DNA of 64,000 nt from Octopus bimaculoides (lineage: Eukaryota), in the NCBI RefSeq assembly GCF_001194135.2, contig NC_068984.1, positions 141,227,972-141,291,971 on the forward strand. Direction: 5' to 3'. The position numbers and the translations under genes were made by a program. Under the pieces are notes generated by a model. The model did not search any database and was not told the DNA's origin. It saw only the letters and a list, made by a program, of their open reading frames with translations. Below, piece after piece: positions 10,371 to 24,900 of the stretch (within the stretch, counting starts at the first letter, position 1; each line of letters begins with the position of its first letter).

Positions 10371-13300
10371 ACTAACGGCAAATAAAGAATTTAATATTGC
10401 GTTAGTTCCTTGAGTAGCACAGAGGTAAATTTAGTGTTAGAAGAGTCACAGTGATGAGTGTAGTATTGTGACGGTTATTGTAGTGGTACAGGAATGAATC
10501 TAGTGCCATGATGGTATCTGTAGCAGCGAAATGGTGAATTTACTACTGTAGAATTGACAGAATAAAATGACAGTGACGAATTTGGCACTGATGAAATGCA
10601 GACTGGGTAATGTATGATGAGATTTCCAATCTATAATCTGTGAGTTGAATGGAATCGCAGAGGTGCTTGAGTTCGTTTCTAACGACATCGTTAAGTTATG
10701 AAGAGAATTTATTCTTTCGGTGTAAGACTAGGTGGAGTGGTATGGTTGTGACATTAGTGCTGTAGTGACGGTTGTAGGAGAGTGCTAGTGGCTGTAGAAC
10801 TGTGGTAGTGGTTGCAGTGATGTTGTGATCTCTGAAATGGTAGAGTGGATGGCTTAGCGACGTTCTGATATAACTAATGCATTTGACGAATTCATATTCA
10901 TTAGAATGTTGGTTTCGAATTTTGGCCCAAGGTCAGCAATTTCAGAGATTGGAGTAAGTCAATTTAATCGACCCAGTACTCAACTGGTAATTATTTTATC
11001 GACCCCAGGAGGATAAAAAAACAAAGTCGATCTTGGCGGAATTTGAACTCAGAACGCGCAGACGAACGAAAAGCCGCGGAGCATTGTGCCCGACTTACTA
11101 ACGATTGTGCCAGCTCACCGCCTTAAACTCAGTAGAATATTGACCACATTCCAATACGCATGCATGCATACATATGTGTGTGTGTGCGTGTGTGTGTGTG
11201 TGTGTGTGTACGTATGCATGTATGTAACTGTATATATGTATGTATATATANNNNNNNNNNNNNNNNNNNNNNNNNNNNNNNNNNNNNNNNNNNNNNNNNN
11301 NNNNNNNNNNNNNNNNNNNNNNNNNNNNNNNNNNNNNNNNNNNNNNNNNNNNNNNNNNNNNNNNNNNNNNNNNNNNNNNNNNNNNNNNNNNNNNNNNNNN
11401 NNNNNNNNNNNNNNNNNNNNNNNNNNNNNNNNNNNNNNNNNNNNNNNNNNNNNNNNNNNNNNNNNNNNNNNNNNNNNNNNNNNNNNNNNNNNNNNNNNNN
11501 NNNNNNNNNNNNNNNNNNNNNNNNNNNNNNNNNNNNNNNNNNNNNNNNNNNNNNNNNNNNNNNNNNNNNNNNNNNNNNNNNNNNNNNNNNNNNNNNNNNN
11601 NNNNNNNNNNNNNNNNNNNNNNNNNNNNNNNNNNNNNNNNNNNNNNNNNNNNNNNNNNNNNNNNNNNNNNNNNNNNNNNNNNNNNNNNNNNNNNNNNNNN
11701 NNNNNNNNNNNNNNNNNNNNNNNNNNNNNNNNNNNNNNNNNNNNNNNNNNNNNNNNNNNNNNNNNNNNNNNNNNNNNNNNNNNNNNNNNNNNNNNNNNNN
11801 NNNNNNNNNNNNNNNNNNNNNNNNNNNNNNNNNNNNNNNNNNNNNNNNNNNNNNNNNNNNNNNNNNNNNNNNNNNNNNNNNNNNNNNNNNNNNNNNNNNN
11901 NNNNNNNNNNNNNNNNNNNNNNNNNNNNNNNNNNNNNNNNNNNNNNNNNNNNNNNNNNNNNNNNNNNNNNNNNNNNNNNNNNNNNNNNNNNNNNNNNNNN
12001 NNNNNNNNNNNNTTCTTTTAAAAGACTGCGGGCGGAGAATTAAAGCAAAATGTGTGCGCACACGCGTGTATATTAGTGTGTGCGTGTGTATATGTGTGTT
12101 GTGTATGTATGTGTGAAATAGTGTAAATCTGCGTAGTGAAAATTGTTTGTGTGTGTATGGGTGCGTGAAATTATGTGAGTTTGGTGGATGTATGGGTTTG
12201 AATGTGTGTGAATTTATATAAGCGTATGTATAAGAAATTATGTGCGCGTCAACGAATTTGTGTGTGTGTGTGTGTGTGTGAAATACTACGAGCTTGAATT
12301 TGTGTGTGCGGGTGTGAGTGTATGGCTGAGAATTTATGGGTGTATATATCAGTATGTATGCGAAGGTATATGGCCTAGTAGTTAGAGGTATCGCTTTCAC
12401 AATCGTGAGATCGTGATTTCGATTCCCAGACCGGCTGCGCGTTGTGTTCTTGAGTGAAACCCTTCATTTTACGTTGCTCTAAGCCCCTCAGCTGTAAGTG
12501 GGTGACCCTGAGACGAAGTAGCCTTCTGTTCGGGGGTCGAGGGGTATGTTGGTTTGCTCCGCCCAGTCAGAAGGGTGGCATCATTCGAAAGCTAAAAACG
12601 ATGCAAAGCGCATTGTGGCCAGCGATGTATCACAACATTCAACAGACTGGTTGATCAAGTGATCACGTGATATAAGTATGTAAAGTGATTTTGTTATCTT
12701 AGACCGAAGAAAAGGGCAGTGGATATGACATTTGATAGGAACTTCGAAACTAATGGTAAGGGGGAGGAGAGGGGATGGAGGGGATGGAGGGGAGCGGAAG
12801 GATGGAAGAGAGGGGTGGAGGAGAGGGGTGGAGGAGAGGGGTGGAGGAGAGCGGGATATCCTTCTTGGAGATCTGGTCTGAATGCTTGCACAAGGGTAGA
12901 CTCCGTTTAAAAGTACCCAAGATATTAATTGGCGGTGTTAATCCAGGCGATGGATTAACTCATACACTTCTTGACACCACGGCGTGATTTGAACTCAAGA
13001 ACGCAGAACCAGAACAAGTACGACTTTTTTTTTATTGACCCCAAAATAATAAAAGGCGAAGTCGACTTCGACGAAATTTGAACCCATCCAGAACTTTAAA
13101 AGCCGGAAGAAACGCCGATAAGCATTTTGTCCGATGCACCAACGATTCAGCCAGATAGCCGCCTTAGCTAATGCTAAAGGTGTGGGGTGGTGACTGTAGC
13201 AGAATGGGGATATAAGAAGTGGGTGGGGTAGTGTTGTGATGTGACGGAGAAAAATAGCCGATGTGAGTCACAAATCATCTGCGGTGTTGTGACATGACGC

Positions 13301-13376
13301 AGGCTGTGTGACGCAGTGTGCGTAACTGCTGCCGCAGACGGCTTCATGGAATAATGAACAAATGAAATAATTAGGT

Positions 13377-13448
<72 letters not shown>

Positions 13449-13804
13449 ATTCACCACACACACGCATACACACAAACATACCTTAACATATAATGGAGGT
13501 GCAGCCACATGGAAATGAACACATTACTTACACGAATGTACACCAATTCATGTAAATATATGTATGTATGCATGTATGTATGTATGTATGTAGCTGTTTA
13601 TCTATCTATCTATCTATCTCATATATACATATNNNNNNNNNNNNNNNNNNNNNNNNNNNNNNNNNNNNNNNNNNNNNNNNNNNNNNNNNNNNNNNNNNNN
13701 NNNNNNNNNNNNNNNNNNNNNNNNNNNNNNNNNNNNNNNNNNNNNNNNNNNNNNNNNNNNNNNNNNNNNNNNNNNNNNNNNNNNNNNNNNNNNNNNNNNN
13801 NNNN

Positions 13805-13839
<35 letters not shown>

Positions 13840-15790
13840 TGACAAAACACAGAAGATTTGTTTTACAGGATTAAGAAGTATATTAGAGTCATAATAATAA
13901 TAATAAAGATATACAATTTTGTTCTTTCAACGAATTTAAAGTAAGAAGCGGTTTCGCATTGCTCATCAAGCTAAGAAACAGACGAGCGATGCGAAACCGG
14001 TTCTTACTTTAACTATGTTGTGTTCCCCCACTCAAAAGTTTTCTACCCCATAGCTATATATATATATATGTATGTATCTATTTGCCCAGACATATTTCTG
14101 GTGCCTAACACAAAAACCATACGCAATTATCTGTGCATGTGCACATCGTCCTGCCAACTGAAGGGCGTAAAGAAACGGAAGGAAGTAGGGGGTTCGTCGC
14201 CCGACAGAATCAGGGTAACTTAAACACCCGTTACACATTCCACTAACCGCAATTTATTCCATTCACCGTCGGTCCTTAATGTAAATAGAACTCGTGTTTT
14301 TAAAGGGTATTCGTTTGTTTATGTATATGCAGCAATGTATATTTTTGTATAGACTCACACATATGCGTAGACTTACACATGTGAAGGCGCATGGCTCAGT
14401 GGTTAGAGCGTCGGGTTTACAATCATGAGGTAGTGAGTTCGATTCTCGGACCGTGCTGTGTTGTATTCTTAAAGCAAGACACTTTATTTAACGTTGCTCC
14501 GGTTCATTCAGCTGCAGAAATGAGTTGAGGTGTCACTGGTGCCAAAGCTGTATCGGCCCCTTATCCTTTCCCTTGGATAACATCAGTGACGTGGAGAGGG
14601 AAGGCTGGTATGCATGGGCCACTGCTGGTCTTGCCTGGACTTGTGCCTCGGAGGGGAACTTTCTAGGTGCAATCCCATGGTCATTCATGACCAAAGGGAA
14701 CCTTTACCCTTTTTACACATATACGTATAGAGACGTGGGTGTGTGTTTGTTGTAAAAGGTTGACAGTCAAGGCTGGATTAAGACCCATAAGGGCCCTAAA
14801 CACTTAAAAGATGTTCGCGACCCCATATATATGTAATTCAGCATATAATCTGATAGACCATAAAATATATTGTTATTTTTCAAAATGAAACAAAACTAAG
14901 ATGGGAAATAATGTTTAATTTTGAATATTTTCCATTTTATTTATATTTGTAAACTTTTCTTCTGTTTTTTTTTTTTTTATAATTGCAAAGCTTTTGATCA
15001 AATCCTCACTATGACACCACGAACACTTCGAAATTATATTTCCGATCATATCAGCCACTTTGAATATTATTCTAGCAGATTTAAAATGTTTGTTTTGTAC
15101 CGTAAACCATTTACCATTTCCGTGGTCCTCACCACTTCCCTGGATTCACTAAGCACGTGCTTATTTCGCTAAATGGTTCATATTTCCGATCATACAAATC
15201 ACATCAAATATTATTTTAGCAAGTTTAAAGTGATTTCTTTTGTACTATAAACCATTTACCATTTCTGTAGTGGGAATATGAAATGAAAGGCCTAAAATAT
15301 GAAGGACTTAGGGCGGGAGCGGGGAGGTACAATAATGGTAGTAAATGGTACCATCAGTAGGTATGAGATGTCAATGTTTTGTTGCTCCATCTACAATGCT
15401 CTGCATCTCAGATATTGGAGTTGTNNNNNNNNNNNNNNNNNNNNNNNNNNNNNNNNNNNNNNNNNNNNNNNNNNNNNNNNNNNNNNNNNNNNNNNNNNNN
15501 NNNNNNNNNNNNNNNNNNNNNNNNNNNNNNNNNNNNNNNNNNNNNNNNNNNNNNNNNNNNNNNNNNNNNNNNNNNNNNNNNNNNNNNNNNNNNNNNNNNN
15601 NNNNNNNNNNNNNNNNNNNNNNNNNNNNNNNNNNNNNNNNNNNNGTAACCCCTCAGATTAATGTAAAATTGTTATTACAACTCAAAATAAAAACAAATAT
15701 TAACATTAACATCTTGAGTCTTCTACTATAACCACGGACCGACGAAAGCCTTGTGAGTGGATTTGGTAGACGGAAACTGAAAGAAGCCCG

Positions 15791-15833
<43 letters not shown>

Positions 15834-16510
15834 CTTGTACTTCCACCATCGCTTGTCAACCGATGTTTGTGTGGTCACATCACCGTAAATTAGCGGTTCG
15901 GCAAAAGAGACCGATAGAATAAATACTAAGCTTACAAAGAATAAGCCCTGGGGATCGATTTGTTCGACTAAAGGCGGCGCTCCAGCATAGCCGCATATTT
16001 ACATACATATATGTACATACCTACATATATATGTATATATACGTGCATATATGGGTATAGGACATCAAAAAAACGTAGACAAAATGAGAAACGGGAACAT
16101 AAAAAAAAAACAAAAACATAGAAAACGAACTTTTTTTCGAACAACGAAAGAAACAAACAAACAGAGAAACGAGACAGGCAACATAAAGAACATTCCCTTC
16201 ATCAGTTGTCTCCTGTTTTATCTACTCCGCGTTTCGAAGGTAGGGACATACGTACTATGTATGTATGTATGTATGTATGTGTGTGTATGTATGTATGTGT
16301 GTGTGTATGTATGTATGTATGTATGTATGTATGTATTATACGTGTGTGTTTGATTAAGTCGTCTGTACTTTAGAATTCACTGACGCAGATAATATCAGTT
16401 ATAAAATCTTGAAGGATAAAAATAATACAGTCTAAATTAACTGAATGAAAAGATTATCGTGGCTACGTTACACGCCGACATTAACACCTTATTAGTTCTT
16501 TTACACTAAA

Positions 16511-16546
<36 letters not shown>

Positions 16547-17699
16547 TCATATAGAATTAAATTATAAGCACGTGTGTTTAATCATGCTGTATATTAATAT
16601 GATATTTCTGTTGATATGTAAGCAAACCATCATTTATTGTGTAACTCTCTGGTTTGCTCGTGTGTGATAAAAGCGGTAGACATATCCATGTGGCTGAGTT
16701 GAACATTATCATACAGACAGACCCGGACCACCAGCTAACTCACAAATATCTCTTAACATTGTTTACCGTGGCTGTTGTCGAACGAAGCAGTATCGGATTC
16801 ACAGGGCAACGAAAAACAGTCTGTTAAGGCCTGCTTTCGACGGAAACCAGTTCGTTCGTTAAATAAGATAAGACTGTGTTCTGTAGGAAGAGATCTCACG
16901 TTCCGGACAATATTTCTCGGCGTTTTTTTTTTTTTTTACCTCATTATTCTTCACAGAATCTCACTTTCTTATTGGTTCTTTTCACGTCACCATATACAGA
17001 AACTGCCTGCTTTTCGTTCGTTTGGTTTTTATTATTTGTTGAGCCTATTCCGCCGAGGTCGACTTTGCCTTTCATCCTTTCGGGGTCGATAAATTAAGTA
17101 CCAGTTGCGTACTGAGGTCGATCTAGTCGACTGGCTCCTTCCCCAAAATTTCGGGCCTTGTGACTAAAGTAGAAAGGATTATTTTTTGAGCCTAAGGCGA
17201 CTAATAGGCGGAATCGTTAATACGCCGTGTAAAACGCTTAACGGCATTTCGTTCGGTCTTACGTTCTGAGTTCAAATTCCATCAAAGTCCACTTTGTCTT
17301 TCATCTTTTCGAATTGATAAAATAAGTACCAGTTAAGTACTGGGGTCAATGTGATCGACTTACTCCCTCTCCCGAAATTGCTGGCTTTGTGCCAAAATTT
17401 GAAACCAGTATTGGAAAACGGACTGAAGTGGCGAACAGACAATCGTTAGCATGCCGAACAAAATGCTTAACGGCATTACGTCCGTCTTTACGTTCTCAGT
17501 TAAAATTCCACCAAGATTGATTTTGCCTTTCACCCTTTCGGAGTCGGTATAATAAGGACCAGTTGAGCACTGGGGTTGATGTGATTAACTTACCCACCTA
17601 ACCCTTCGTAATCGCTGGCCTTGGGCCAAAATTTGAAGTCAATATTTGTTGAGTCTGGAGGAAGGGGCATTGCCAATGACCTTTGTATCCCTTCCAAGA

Positions 17700-17815
17700 C
17701 CCGGATGTTGTTAATGTTCTGTTTAAACGATTGTAGGTCAATACCTGCAGGGAGGAGGTTCCAGAAAGAAGATATTCTGGGATGAATATTCTACGGACAT
17801 TACAATGGGCTCTTT
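17700..17815 (-). mobile_element. LINE ORF2 C-terminal remnant (CR1/L2/Jockey-like)
   Basis: Minus frame HPRISSFWNLLPAGIDLQSFKQNINNI fits the PR..WNxLP...L.xFK C-terminal motif. Confidence 0.6.
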
Positions 17816-19987
17816 CGAGAGAGAGATTGGTAGAATAAACTGTAAATAAACGGGAAACCTCTACTGTATTTTAGGCAAGAAAACTCAGGAATCTTCAGAG
17901 GTTCGCGATTGTTGGCGTCTGTAAAGCAAGCATGGCACATGAAAAGAGAAGAGAGAGAAAATGATTTACATAGATGAAGAGAGACAAGAGAGAGACGATG
18001 ATGATGTACTTGAATGTAGAGAGAACTGAAAGAGAGAGAGAGGGGGGAAAGAGAGGATGAGGAGAGAGGGGAGAGAGAAAGAGAGAAGAGAATGTACATA
18101 GATACGACAGAACAGAATATGAAAATTAGGACAATTCGTAAGAAAAGTCATTCGAGCGAAACTTTGATGAAACAAAGAAAAAATGGGATTAATAAACTAC
18201 TGCGTCTTTGGTGTTATTGCTGCTGCTGCTGCTGCCGTTGTTGTTGTTGTTGTTTGCCCGATTTAAACGGAATCTAAAACGTTCCAGCTGTTGCGATCCA
18301 GTTTTCTTTCTGGCATAGTGTATCTAGGGCTACATTATTCTGTGTATCTTACATCCAATTTTAAAATCTTTAAGAGCAATTTGGCTGTTGTTTTTAGCAG
18401 ACAAACGTCCACTTTAAGTTGATATTTGCTAAACTCGCTGAAATCTGAAGAATTCTAATGACTTAGGCCATTCCGTTTTTCTTCTTTTTTATTTGTTTCA
18501 GTCATTTGACTGCGGCCATGCTGGAGCATCGCCTTCAGTCGATCAAATCGACCCCAGGACTTATTCTTTGTAAGCCTGGTACTTACTCTATCACAAACAC
18601 ACACATATATACATATATACGACGGGCTTCTTTCAGTTTCCGCCTACCAAATTCATTCACAAGGCTTTGGTCGGCCCGAGGATATAGTAGAAACACTAGC
18701 CCAAGGTGTCACGCAGTGGGACTAAACCCGGAACCATGTGGTTAGTAAGCAAGCTACTTACTACACAGCCACTCCTGCGCCTTAATGAATTAAAATTATC
18801 TTTAGTGATAAAGAATTTGTTAATTACCACATGAATTAATTACAGAAACATCCACAACGCTACATCGCCACCACAATAGCGTAGCTTTTGGTGGAAGGGC
18901 GTTCCCTACCCGGGCAACGCTTTTAAGGGAACGGCCGTTATGAGTGGGGCAGCACCTTTGGGGGGCCTGGCGGGGGACGGCAGAGTCGATGGCTGTCCCG
19001 GGGGAGGAGGTAGACACCAACATCAACTTCACATTCATTGGGAGTCAACGAGGAAACCTCTTTGTGGTCGCTTAACCGGCTAGAAATAGCAGCCAAACCT
19101 CCCTCAGTTTATATCCCAGTATCTCAGGAAAGAACATGTTGAAGAATAATGTGATCCTGGCTCCCCTGCGTATATGAGAAGGACCGAAAGGTTACGGTTA
19201 GAATATCTTTGATCATTGGGACTGCTTGGNNNNNNNNNNNNNNNNNNNNNNNNNNNNNNNNNNNNNNNNNNNNNNNNNNNNNNNNNNNNNNNNNNNNNNN
19301 NNNNNNNNNNNNNNNNNNNNNNNNNNNNNNNNNNNNNNNNNNNNNNNNNNNNNNNNNNNNNNNNNNNNNNNNNNNNNNNNNNNNNNNNNNNNNNNNNNNN
19401 NNNNNNNNNNNNNNNNNNNNNNNNNNNNNNNNNNNNNNNNNNNNNNNNNNNNNNNNNNNNNNNNNNNNNNNNNNNNNNNNNNNNNNNNNNNNNNNNNNNN
19501 NNNNNNNNNNNNNNNNNNNNNNNNNNNNNNNNNNNNNNNNNNNNNNNNNNNNNNNNNNNNNNNNNNNNNNNNNNNNNNNNNNNNNNNNNNNNNNNNNNNN
19601 NNNNNNNNNNNNNNNNNNNNNNNNNNNNNNNNNNNNNNNNNNNNNNNNNNNNNNNNNNNNNNNNNNNNNNNNNNNNNNNNNNNNNNNNNNNNNNNNNNNN
19701 NNNNNNNNNNNNNNNNNNNNNNNNNNNNNNNNNNNNNNNNNNNNNNNNNNNNNNNNNNNNNNNNNNNNNNNNNNNNNNNNNNNNNNNNNNNNNNNNNNNN
19801 NNNNNNNNNNNNNNNNNNNNNNNNNNNNNNNNNNNNNNNNNNNNNNNNNNNNNNNNNNNNNNNNNNNNNNNNNNNNNNNNNNNNNNNNNNNNNNNNNNNN
19901 NNNNNNNNNNNNNNNNNNNNNNNNNNNNNNNNNNNNNNNNNNNNNNNNNNNNNNNNNNNNNNNNNNNNNNNNNNNNNNNNNNNNNNN

Positions 19988-20003
19988 AAAGAAAGACAAA
20001 GAA

Positions 20004-20038
<35 letters not shown>

Positions 20039-20070
20039 AGAAGAAGACGGAAAAAAAGAAAGACAAAGAA

Positions 20071-20105
<35 letters not shown>

Positions 20106-20138
20106 AGAAGACGGAAAAAAAGAAAGACAAAGAAGAAG
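19988..20138. repeat. Duplicated (GAA)n-based ~72-bp unit at a gap edge
   Basis: aaagaaagacaaagaag(aag)n...gacggaaaa occurs twice. Confidence 0.9.
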
Positions 20139-22240
20139 GGTTAAGAGTCTTTGTTTAGTCTCGTTTTACAGTGTGACGTCATAACAGTTTTTTTAAGTTA
20201 GCAAACGGCACCATATTTGGGTTGGAGATGGTTTTTACCTTTCTAACAGAGAAGGGCCAGACAAGGACAAATTGTACATCAGCAGTACTTTGGTAACTGC
20301 TAATTAGCTTGTTAATTAAATCTGTTGTAAAACAAGAGCAACTGCAGTAACATGAGATGCCCCACAGCAGCAGTAGCGCAGTAGACACAACACTTTCGGC
20401 AGCCATTAAGAACACACAATACTAGCTGACCAATGACGCAACAACAACATTACGTCATAAGCTGTGCAACAATTGTGTAAACAGGCGGACAACAATTGCA
20501 TAATAGCAACTACATGAGATGACTAACAACTGTTGTTGTTGGCACTCCGTCGGTTACGACGTCGAGGGTTCCAGTTGATCCGATCAACAGAACAGCCTGC
20601 TCGTGAAATTAACGTGCAAGTGGCTGAGCACTCCACAGACACGTGTATCCTTAACGTAGTTCTCGGGGATATTCAGCGTGACACAGTGTGACAAGGCTGG
20701 CCCTTTGAACCACAAGCACAACAGAAACAGGAAGTAAGAGTGAGAGAAAGTTGTGGTGGAAGAGTACAGCAGGGTTCGCCACCACCCCCTGCCGGAGCCT
20801 CATGGAGCTTTTAGGTGTTTTCGCTCAATAAACACTCACAACACCCAGTCTNNNNNNNNNNTTGATCCGATCAACAGAACAGCCTGCTCGTGAAATTAAC
20901 GTGCAAGTGGCTGAGCACTCCACAGACACGTGTATCCTTAACGTAGTTCTCGGGGATATTCAGCGTGACACAGTGTGACAAGGCTGGCCCTTTGAACCAC
21001 AAGCACAACAGAAACAGGAAGTAAGAGTGAGAGAAAGTTGTGGTGGAAGAGTACAGCAGGGTTCGCCACCACCCCCTGCCGGAGCCTCATGGAGCTTTTA
21101 GGTGTTTTCGCTCAATAAACACTCACAACACCCAGTCTGTGAATCGAAACCGCGATCCTATGACCGCGAGTCCGCTGCCCTAACCACTGGACCATTGCGC
21201 CTCCACAGACTAACAACTACATTGATAGTAACATAACACCAGGAGTAATACAACAATCGCAGCGTAAAAATTACAGTGAGAAAAGAACGGCACGACAATA
21301 GCTGACTAACAACTGCAGCACAAATAAGCCAATAATAGCACAACATCATTGTCATCATCAACAACAGCGATACAATAACGGGAGCGGCACAACAGTAGCG
21401 CAGCAACTAAGGTACAAAGAAAATAACAACAGTGCCACAACAGCTGGCTAACAACAATAACAACAACACTACGATAACAGGAGTGGCACAACAGGAATAA
21501 CATAACAATAGGACAACAAATGAAACATACATACAGAGTACAATCACAGCAGCTGGCAAACAACTATGATAATGATTTAAAATTTTGACACAAGGCCAGC
21601 AATTCCAGGTAGGGAGTAAGTCGGTAACATCGACCCGAGTATTCAACTGGTACTTACTTTAGAGAGCACGAAAGGGATGAAGGGCAAAGTCGACCTCGGC
21701 GGAATTTGGACTCAGAAAGTGAGAACAGATGAAACGCCGCAAAGCATTTTGTTCGGCGTTGCTAACGATTCTCCCAGCTCGCCGCCCTACAAACAACTAT
21801 AATAATCTTTTCAACTATAGGCACAAGTCCTGAAATTTTGGGGGTGGGATGAGCTAGTCGATTGCACCGACCCAGTGCGTAACTGGTACTTCTTTTATCG
21901 ACCTCCGAAAGAATGAAAGGCAAACGCGACTTCGACGGAATTTGAAGTCAGAACGTAAAGACAGACGAAATACCGCGATGAATTTCGCCCTGCGTTACTA
22001 ACAATTTTTATTTCTTTATTGCCCACAAGGGGCTAAACATACAGGGGACAAACAAGGACAGACAAAGGGATTAAGTCGATTACATCGACCTCAGTGCGTA
22101 ACTGGTACTTAATTTACCAACCACATGGTTCTGGGTTCAGTCCCACTGCGTGACACCTTGGGCAAGTGTCTTATACTATAGCCTCGGACCGACCAAAGCC
22201 TTGTGAGTGGAATTGGTAGACAGAAACTGAAAGAAGCCTA

Positions 22241-22280
<40 letters not shown>

Positions 22281-22399
22281 ACGTCCCCATATACTAGCGG
22301 TTCGGCAAAATAGACCGATAGAATAAGTACAAGGCTTACAAAGAATAAGTCCTGGGGTCTAATGTTTTCATTTTCCTCTTCTATTCTGTTGTCTGTTTA

Positions 22400-22484
22400 A
22401 AGGGAAGTAACTCTTACACTATGCAGAAACGCCGGAAGCGGTGTAAATTGTTTATTGTCCCTTCTGTCATTTAACATGGCGACG
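22400..22484 (+). promoter_or_regulatory. PSMG1 proximal promoter with ETS-type CCGGAAG (22432-22438) and a YY1-like AACATGGCG overlapping the start codon
   Basis: Motif matches plus local CpG enrichment just upstream of the ATG; typical of housekeeping promoters. Confidence 0.4.
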
Positions 22485-22576
22485 TTCTTTGGTGAAGTTC
22501 TGCCAGTTTTTTCCCGGGCGACGGGCGACGATGACGATTTCGACGAAGATGAAGAGCAAGAAGCAGAATTAACTTG
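22476..22576 (+). CDS. PSMG1: Proteasome assembly chaperone 1, coding exon 1 (MATFFGEVLPVFSRATGDDDDFDEDEEQEAELT + TG)
   Basis: The N-terminal MATFFGEV followed by an acidic tract matches PSMG1 (human MAATFFGEVV...EDEEEEEE). Donor TG|gtaaat, phase 2. Confidence 0.95.
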
Positions 22577-24900
22577 GTAAATTGGTGCTTCTTTCATTAT
22601 CATTAGAACTACGTAGATGTGTATTCTCTGCTTTGTTGCTGTTATTTACTAAACTAAATTAATGATACTAACATACTTCAGATCATCCAACGATCTCAAA
22701 TACATGTTGAATAATGTAGTCCTAGATATTTAGTGCGGGGTGCTCAAAAAAGATAGGTTAATCACAGCTGGGGTAATTTTGTAAGCCTAGCTAGGGCTAC
22801 TCAATAGTGTATTAGAGTTGCAAAACGAAGTCCCGTGTCCCTACTAGCTATTAAGATACACAATAACCGTTTCATTAAAATAGATCAACTGTAATTAACT
22901 GATTTATCGTTAAATGATATAAAATTGAATCAATAAAAGATTGTGTCATAAACTGGGTAAGTTTATATAATTAAGGCGTTCAGACTTAGTTTTCCCCACC
23001 CCCACCTCGTTTGAGATTGTATTGTTGTTGTGTATATTAAATGATGAATCACGGCCGGATTACATAGTGTTATTTGGTTATCTCCCTTTATGTTCCGGGT
23101 TGAAATCCAGCTGGATTTGATTTCCTCATTTATCTGGGCATCGATAAAAAGTGAACCAGTTATTACATAGAAGTTTTGATTTTGGTGACAGATTTTACAT
23201 TTAGACGTTCTTGCAACCCTCGTCTGTTTTTCAGGTGAGGAAATTTATAGTCTTGAGGTTTTGAAAAATATAATGACGACGAGTGTTCCATTTGATCCGA
23301 TCAACGGAACTGCCTGCTCAGGAAATTAACGCGCAAGTGGCTGAGTACTCCACAGACACGCGTACCCTTAACGTAGTTCTCAGGGAGATTCAGCGTGACA
23401 CAGAATGTGACAAGTCTGGCCCCTTTGAAATACGGGTACGACTCATTTTTGGAAGCTAAGTGGACTGGAGCAAGGTGAAATGAAGTGTTTTGCTCAAGAA
23501 CACAACGCGCTGCCTGGAATCGAACTTAGGATCTTATGATCGTGAGCCGAACACCCCTAACCAATAAGCCACGTGCCTTCAGCAAACAGTGATAAAGAAA
23601 TAACATTTATACATATGTGTGTGTGTGTGTGTACACGTGACCACTTCAATACAATTTCTGTCTTTCAAATTCTCTCACAAGATCCGTGTTGGATCAGTGG
23701 TAGAAGACACTAACCCATGGTGCCACTTTATTGGGAAATTAGAATGGCGTGGATTTGTAGCAGTGTGAGAAAAATTGTTTTTATTTGTAAAAGAGGCAGG
23801 TGGAAAGTGGGGTTGGTAGGTAGGCACCTAATCTAATATCCACACACACACACACATATATATATATATAAAAACAAACAATAAATGAGCACGTGCACAC
23901 CCACGTCCACCTGCACACCCGGGCACAGGACACCGCAAACAAAACGCAGACAAGAAAATAACAACAACCAGAGCACAGAAAACACACAAGCCACACAGAG
24001 GCCACCCCCGCCCCAACACCGTGTGTGTATGTGTGCGTGTGTGTGTGTGTATAGATACTCTTTACTCTTTTACTTGTTTCAGTCATTTGAATGCGGCCAT
24101 GCTGGAGCACCGCCTTTAGTCAAGCAAATTGACCCCAGGGCTTATTCTTTGTAAGCCCAGTACTTGTTCTATCGGTCTCTTAGGCGAACCACTAAGTTAC
24201 GAGGACATAGACACACCAGCATTGGTTGTCAAGCGATGTTGGAGGACAAATACAGACACACACACACACACATACATATATATATATATTAAATTCAAAT
24301 TACGATAAACGTAAATAAACAAACGAAGTTTGCTTTTAGAGGCGTTGAGATGTCTTAGAAAGTTAAAGAAGTGATTCTTAAATTCTCAAACACAGACAGG
24401 ATAATGCTAATAATATAGCTTGGACAGGATAAACTACTCCTATTTTGCAGAAAAAAGTGTTGGCGGCCAGCTATACGGCAGGCTTCATTCAGTTTCCGTC
24501 AACCAAATCCACTCACAAGGCTTTGGTCGGCCTGAGGCTATAGTAGAAGACACTTGCCCAAGGTGTCACATAGTGGGACTGAACCTGGAACCATGAGCAA
24601 CAGTTTTTGTGATGTCTTTACAGCTTTATTAATAGAGCAAATTACTCTACCTCCTGTATTCGAGTACTATTTTTTCCCACCTTTTTTCACATTTATGTGC
24701 TTACTCTGCTATATATATATATCTTTATTGCCCACAGGGGAGTAAACACAGAGGGGACAAGCAAGGACAGATAAAGGGATTAAGTTGATTACATCGACCC
24801 CAGTGCATAACTGGTACTTATTTAATCGACCCGAAAGGATGAAAGGCAAAGTTGACCTCAGCGACACACTAACACACAGAATGTCTCTTCTTTTTTGTAG

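Noticed and set aside
12745-12855. GGA/GGGG-rich tract with G-quadruplex potential
   Set aside because: It is a simple 13-bp minisatellite (ggaggagaggggt)n with nothing indicating function.
20573-21137. Apparently identical ~280-bp tandem duplication of a family B SINE segment
   Set aside because: The two copies straddle a 10-N gap (20852-20861), which is typical of an unmerged contig overlap.
21160-21204. tRNA-like heads here and at 3580, 10320-10370, 12361 and 14383
   Set aside because: They have A and B boxes but no complete cloverleaf, and each continues into a SINE body, so they are not tRNA genes.
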